A stretch of 64,000 nucleotides of DNA. Source: Turneriella sp. (GTDB taxonomy: Bacteria > Spirochaetota > Leptospiria > Turneriellales > Turneriellaceae). Made by a program: the position numbers and the translations under genes. The DNA is taken from the NCBI GenBank assembly GCA_965279515.1, contig CBDIID010000003.1, positions 3,200,001 through 3,264,000 of the forward strand, read 5' to 3'. The notes below the pieces were generated by a model. It was not told the DNA's origin and searched no databases. It saw only the letters and a program-made list of their open reading frames with translations. Numbering within the stretch: the stretch's first letter is position 1; the number at the start of each line of letters is the position of its first letter. Of this stretch, positions 60,473-64,000 are shown in pieces.

Positions 60473-61855
60473 ATGTTTCGCTGGTTTCTTGTGGCCTTGT
60501 TGTGCGGCGCCTGTTTTTTTCAGTGCCGCAGTTGGGGTAAATTCTGGCTCACCGGAGTCTCTTATCCGCAAAGCACGCTGTTGCTGACCCAGCAGGTCAC
60601 CATGAGCCCGGTAACACCGTCGCTTCCGGGCGTCAGCAGTTCGTGCTCCAGCGCACCGGCACTGCCAGAAGGCCTGTCTTTGGCGGCAGATTGCACGGTA
60701 TCGGGCACTCCGACGCGCGGGCAGGGAACTCTTACTTACCAGATCACAGCGAACATCGGTACAGATACGCTTTCTGTGGATCTCGGCATCCGGGTCTTTT
60801 TTCAGCCGCGGTTTGTCTATGCGGCGAATGTTGCAGACTCGAATGTGACCGCGTTTACGGTCAATGCATCGACGGGCGCGCTGTCGCTGCTGGCCAGTTA
60901 TGGGACTGGTACCGGCGCCCGTTTTGTTCTGCGCGACATGTCGGGTAAGTTTCTTTATGTTGCAAACCGTACTGCCCCGAGCATTTCGGGGCATCTAATC
61001 AACCAGAGCACAGGCGCCCTGACGCCGATCAGCGGTTCTCCTTTTACCGTGAGCAATTTACCGTATTCTCTCGCGACAGACCCCGAGGGGAAATTTTTGT
61101 TCGTCGGGCATGAAGATACTGCCGTCGCCGGAGTTTCCGCATTTGCCATCAACAGCACCACGGGGGTGATAACGCAAGTCAGTGGTTCGCCTTTTGCCGC
61201 AGCCGCGGGTGCATCGCCCGTCGCGGTGCAGGTTTCGCCCGATGGCAAATATCTCTACGCGGGTTCAAGCCAGAGTTCGCCGAATCCCAACACTTTTGCT
61301 TATGCAATCAACAGGCAGACGGGAGCTTTAACACAGCTGAGCGGCTCGCCGTTTGGCATGCTGCAGAACGGCATCTCGGTTTTTGCGCATCCCTCGGGAA
61401 ATTACGTCTATTATGCCCAATACTCCTCAAACAATGTGGTCGGATATTCCCGTGACACAATAACCGGAGCCCTCACATTGATGGCCAGTTCCTCTTATGC
61501 AGCAGGTCTTGCCCCAGGTTTCGTTTCGGGCGATATCAACGGCCGTTTTATCTTTGTAGCCAATAGCGGCGACGTGGTTGGCACATCGGGTGCTCACGGA
61601 TTTACCGTGGGGGCCAACGGTGCCCTGACTGCGATTCCCGGCTCGCCATTCACCACGGGGAAAAATCCGATCGGCATCGCCTTCGACGAGACCAGCCGTT
61701 TTGTCTACATTGTTGGTTCGGGCGAAACGAACCCGACTCCCGATCCGGTTTATGCGTACCAGCTCAACCAGCAGACTGGCGCCATCTCGCTTATCGGCAC
61801 CTATAACGCCGGCGTCGATACGACGGGTGTTGCCATAGCGGGCAGCAATCCCTGA
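60473..61855 (+). CDS. Lipoprotein: He_PIG-like Ig domain plus lactonase-like beta-propeller
   Basis: PALPEGLSL...VSGTPT; repeats TGALT.(I/L).GSPF and GKFLYV; paralog of 52884-54227. Confidence 0.88.
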   Translation: MFRWFLVALLCGACFFQCRSWGKFWLTGVSYPQSTLLLTQQVTMSPVTPSLPGVSSSCSSAPALPEGLSLAADCTVSGTPTRGQGTLTYQITANIGTDTLSVDLGIRVFFQPRFVYAANVADSNVTAFTVNASTGALSLLASYGTGTGARFVLRDMSGKFLYVANRTAPSISGHLINQSTGALTPISGSPFTVSNLPYSLATDPEGKFLFVGHEDTAVAGVSAFAINSTTGVITQVSGSPFAAAAGASPVAVQVSPDGKYLYAGSSQSSPNPNTFAYAINRQTGALTQLSGSPFGMLQNGISVFAHPSGNYVYYAQYSSNNVVGYSRDTITGALTLMASSSYAAGLAPGFVSGDINGRFIFVANSGDVVGTSGAHGFTVGANGALTAIPGSPFTTGKNPIGIAFDETSRFVYIVGSGETNPTPDPVYAYQLNQQTGAISLIGTYNAGVDTTGVAIAGSNP

Positions 61856-61902
61856 TCTTTGAATCCGCTCGTCGCGCGGTGATACCTGCCGGATGCGGCG
61901 GC

Positions 61903-62592
61903 ATGCAAGAAGATATCATCAAGCACATGAAAAGAGCGGTGGCGGTGATGAACGATCCGAATTCTTCGTTCTGGAAAAGGTGCCGCGAGATTTTACTGGA
62001 AGTGGTAATCATCATTTTTGCCGTCAGCGTATCCATCTCCTTCCATATTTGGAATACAAATAAGCAGCAACATGCAGAAGTGCGGGAATTCCTCACTGAC
62101 TTGAAACAAGACTTGCTTAAAGATAAAAATAACCTTATTGAAGAAAAGAAAATCCTGGATCGCGCGATGCTGGCGATTGCCGATATGAAATCGCTGACGG
62201 CTGCTAAATTGACTAACGTGAAAGCACTAAACCTGACCGTCCATCTTATCAACCGTAAAACGTTCAGCGGGAACTATGATGGTTTTAAATCGAGTGGGAA
62301 GATCGGCTACATCCGCAACAAAGGACTCAAGAACGCGATATTATCCTATTATCAGGAGAGTATGCCTTCGCTCGATCAGATAGAGCAGTTTAGAAACAAG
62401 CAGGGGTTGGAAATCATCGAGCTCGTGGGCGAATCTAATTTGCAGGCCAATCAGCTAACGACACCGCGTATCCGCACAAAACTCGGTTTCGTGGAGCAGG
62501 CGACGTCTTCGCTCATTGAAGCTTATTCAGGCTGTCTAACTCAGGCCGATCTGATTATTGCCCAGATTGATAAGGAACTCACAAATAGTTGA
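61903..62592 (+). CDS. Hypothetical membrane-anchored helical protein (DUF6090-like)
   Basis: EVVIIIFAVSVSI..WN, FL.DLKQDL..D, YDGFKSSGKIGYI.N..LK..I..YY. Confidence 0.7.
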   Translation: MQEDIIKHMKRAVAVMNDPNSSFWKRCREILLEVVIIIFAVSVSISFHIWNTNKQQHAEVREFLTDLKQDLLKDKNNLIEEKKILDRAMLAIADMKSLTAAKLTNVKALNLTVHLINRKTFSGNYDGFKSSGKIGYIRNKGLKNAILSYYQESMPSLDQIEQFRNKQGLEIIELVGESNLQANQLTTPRIRTKLGFVEQATSSLIEAYSGCLTQADLIIAQIDKELTNS

Positions 62593-62631
62593 AGTATTTG
62601 TGGACCTAAGCAGCCGGCAGCGATCCCTGAT

Positions 62632-63810
62632 TTAAGGGTAGGGATTGCTCCATTTCGGATCGATGTATACGTTGCTGCCTGCAAGAGTTTTTAAAAAGGC
62701 AATAAGAGCATTTTTTTCTGCCGTAGCCATATTCAGGTTTTGGCCCGAACCCGCAGGTTTCAGGCGGTTATCGAGAAACACATTATTGACAGCGCTGATG
62801 CTATTGTAGTGTTCAATCATTGTCAACAGCGTCGTTCGCGAACCATCATGCATTAGAGGCCCATTCAAATTTCCGTCGGTTTTTACCAGGTCACGCAGCG
62901 AAGGCGAGCGTGTGTTCGTCAGGTCTACGCTACCATTGAAAGAACCTGTAATACCATTGTTCGCCGAATTCGCATCAATATCGAATTCGGGTGCGCGGTG
63001 GCAACCACCGCAGCCCAAACCACCACCGACGCGTGATGAGCCACTGAAGACAGGAGCCTGAAGGAACAAAGTTTTACCGAGATTTTCTTCCGTAGTGAAA
63101 TTCGCAAAATCCCTGTTGTTGTTCTGAGCTGATGCACGGCCGGTATCGTACTTGGCGTCAAACGAGCTAATGCTGCGTACGAACTGCGCCAGCGCTAACT
63201 GCATTTTATTCTCGGTAATCTCTTCATTGCCATAGACGAACTTGAATAGCTCGCGGTAATAGCCGATCGAAGAAAGTTTGGCGATCACTGCGTTAAAATC
63301 CCCATCTCCGTTAGCGCCGCTGAACCCCATTTCTGTGTGGTTACGTATGGGCATTGTCGATTGCGCTTCGAGGGTTGCGGCGCGCTCATCCCAAAAAAAT
63401 TTCGCCTCCTGTCCAAAACCTGCATTCACCAGCCGTGGAGTGTGCCTGCCCGTTGTGCCATGGACTCCGGTGCTAGCCACCGCCGTGTCTCCGAATGCAT
63501 TTGCCTGTTGATGACAGCTTGCGCACGAGATGGCATTGTTGGACGATAGATTTTGGTCATAGAACAACACCCGCCCCAGCGTCGCACCTGCGTTGGTGAT
63601 CGGGTTGTTAGTGCTATTGGATTTCGTAATATACGCAGGTATTTTCTGTGCCGCATAGTTTGCCAGTGAATTCAAGTTGATTTTTCCTGAAAAGGCGGCT
63701 TCGGTGTATGGATAGGATTGTGTCGAATCCAGAGGAATATTGCCGATGCAGTTTGTCGCCGTCAGCAGCAGGGTTAAAAAAGACAATGTCGCAAGGCTTG
63801 TTATTTTCAT
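62632..63810 (-). CDS. Di-haem cytochrome c peroxidase/MauG family lipoprotein
   Basis: LGRVLFYD..LS, CASCH, FFWDERA.TLE.Q, CGGCH, PSLRD, MHDG. Confidence 0.9.
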   Translation of the reverse strand: MKITSLATLSFLTLLLTATNCIGNIPLDSTQSYPYTEAAFSGKINLNSLANYAAQKIPAYITKSNSTNNPITNAGATLGRVLFYDQNLSSNNAISCASCHQQANAFGDTAVASTGVHGTTGRHTPRLVNAGFGQEAKFFWDERAATLEAQSTMPIRNHTEMGFSGANGDGDFNAVIAKLSSIGYYRELFKFVYGNEEITENKMQLALAQFVRSISSFDAKYDTGRASAQNNNRDFANFTTEENLGKTLFLQAPVFSGSSRVGGGLGCGGCHRAPEFDIDANSANNGITGSFNGSVDLTNTRSPSLRDLVKTDGNLNGPLMHDGSRTTLLTMIEHYNSISAVNNVFLDNRLKPAGSGQNLNMATAEKNALIAFLKTLAGSNVYIDPKWSNPYP

Positions 63811-64000
63811 GGCTTTGCTATGCAGAGTAGTCAAAGCTCCTGACCGGACACGGCATTTCCCGGATGGCAGGGAAGCTCACAACGCAGCCAGCGCTCGCAT
63901 TCTCATTCCGCTTTTCGCCCTGTCTCACCCACCTCCCCTGACGTGTGGAACTGACCCGCACCGCGCAGGATAACTTCCAGTATTCGAAACACTACGACGC

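Noticed and set aside
63903..64000. Possible 3' end of a minus-strand gene (..VVVFRILEVILRGAGQFHTSGEVGETGRKAE*)
   Set aside because: Only 31 codons are visible; cannot be supported from this window.

Overview
64-kb chromosomal window from a spirochaete, most likely Leptospiraceae and Turneriella-like. This is inferred from gene content (long flgK, bactofilin, OmpL47-like and Loa22-like proteins, many lipoproteins). Core genes: flgL/flgK/flgN, acyl-CoA ligase, pdxA, dGTPase, stand-alone gyrB, hslV, gltBD, aroC. Accessory material: a Phd/VapC toxin-antitoxin pair, opgGH, a ~1-kb insert bounded by a duplicated antiporter 3' end, and a surface-protein-rich right end. I saw no rRNA, tRNA, CRISPR array, transposase or integrase. 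The best candidates for undescribed systems are: (1) a stand-alone ketosynthase with an altered Cys-His-Gln triad, translationally coupled to a 7TM receptor fused to a degenerate AAA+/Fis regulator, downstream of an AEC transporter (a possible signal-synthase/receptor pair); (2) an ECF sigma-FecR-beta-propeller lipoprotein-small OM beta-barrel cassette with no TonB-dependent transducer; (3) a metal-ligand-less 5'-nucleotidase-like domain fused to a beta-barrel, coupled to a coiled-coil lipoprotein broken at an A_AAA_AAC site. Smaller signals: a probable non-canonical (ATC) start for pdxA, a possible ArfA-like 45-aa protein, two unannotated membrane micropeptides with their own promoter, a recurring leaderless promoter geometry, and a shared ECF-type promoter motif upstream of opgG and the OmpA-like lipoprotein. 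All family assignments come from motif recognition, not database searches.
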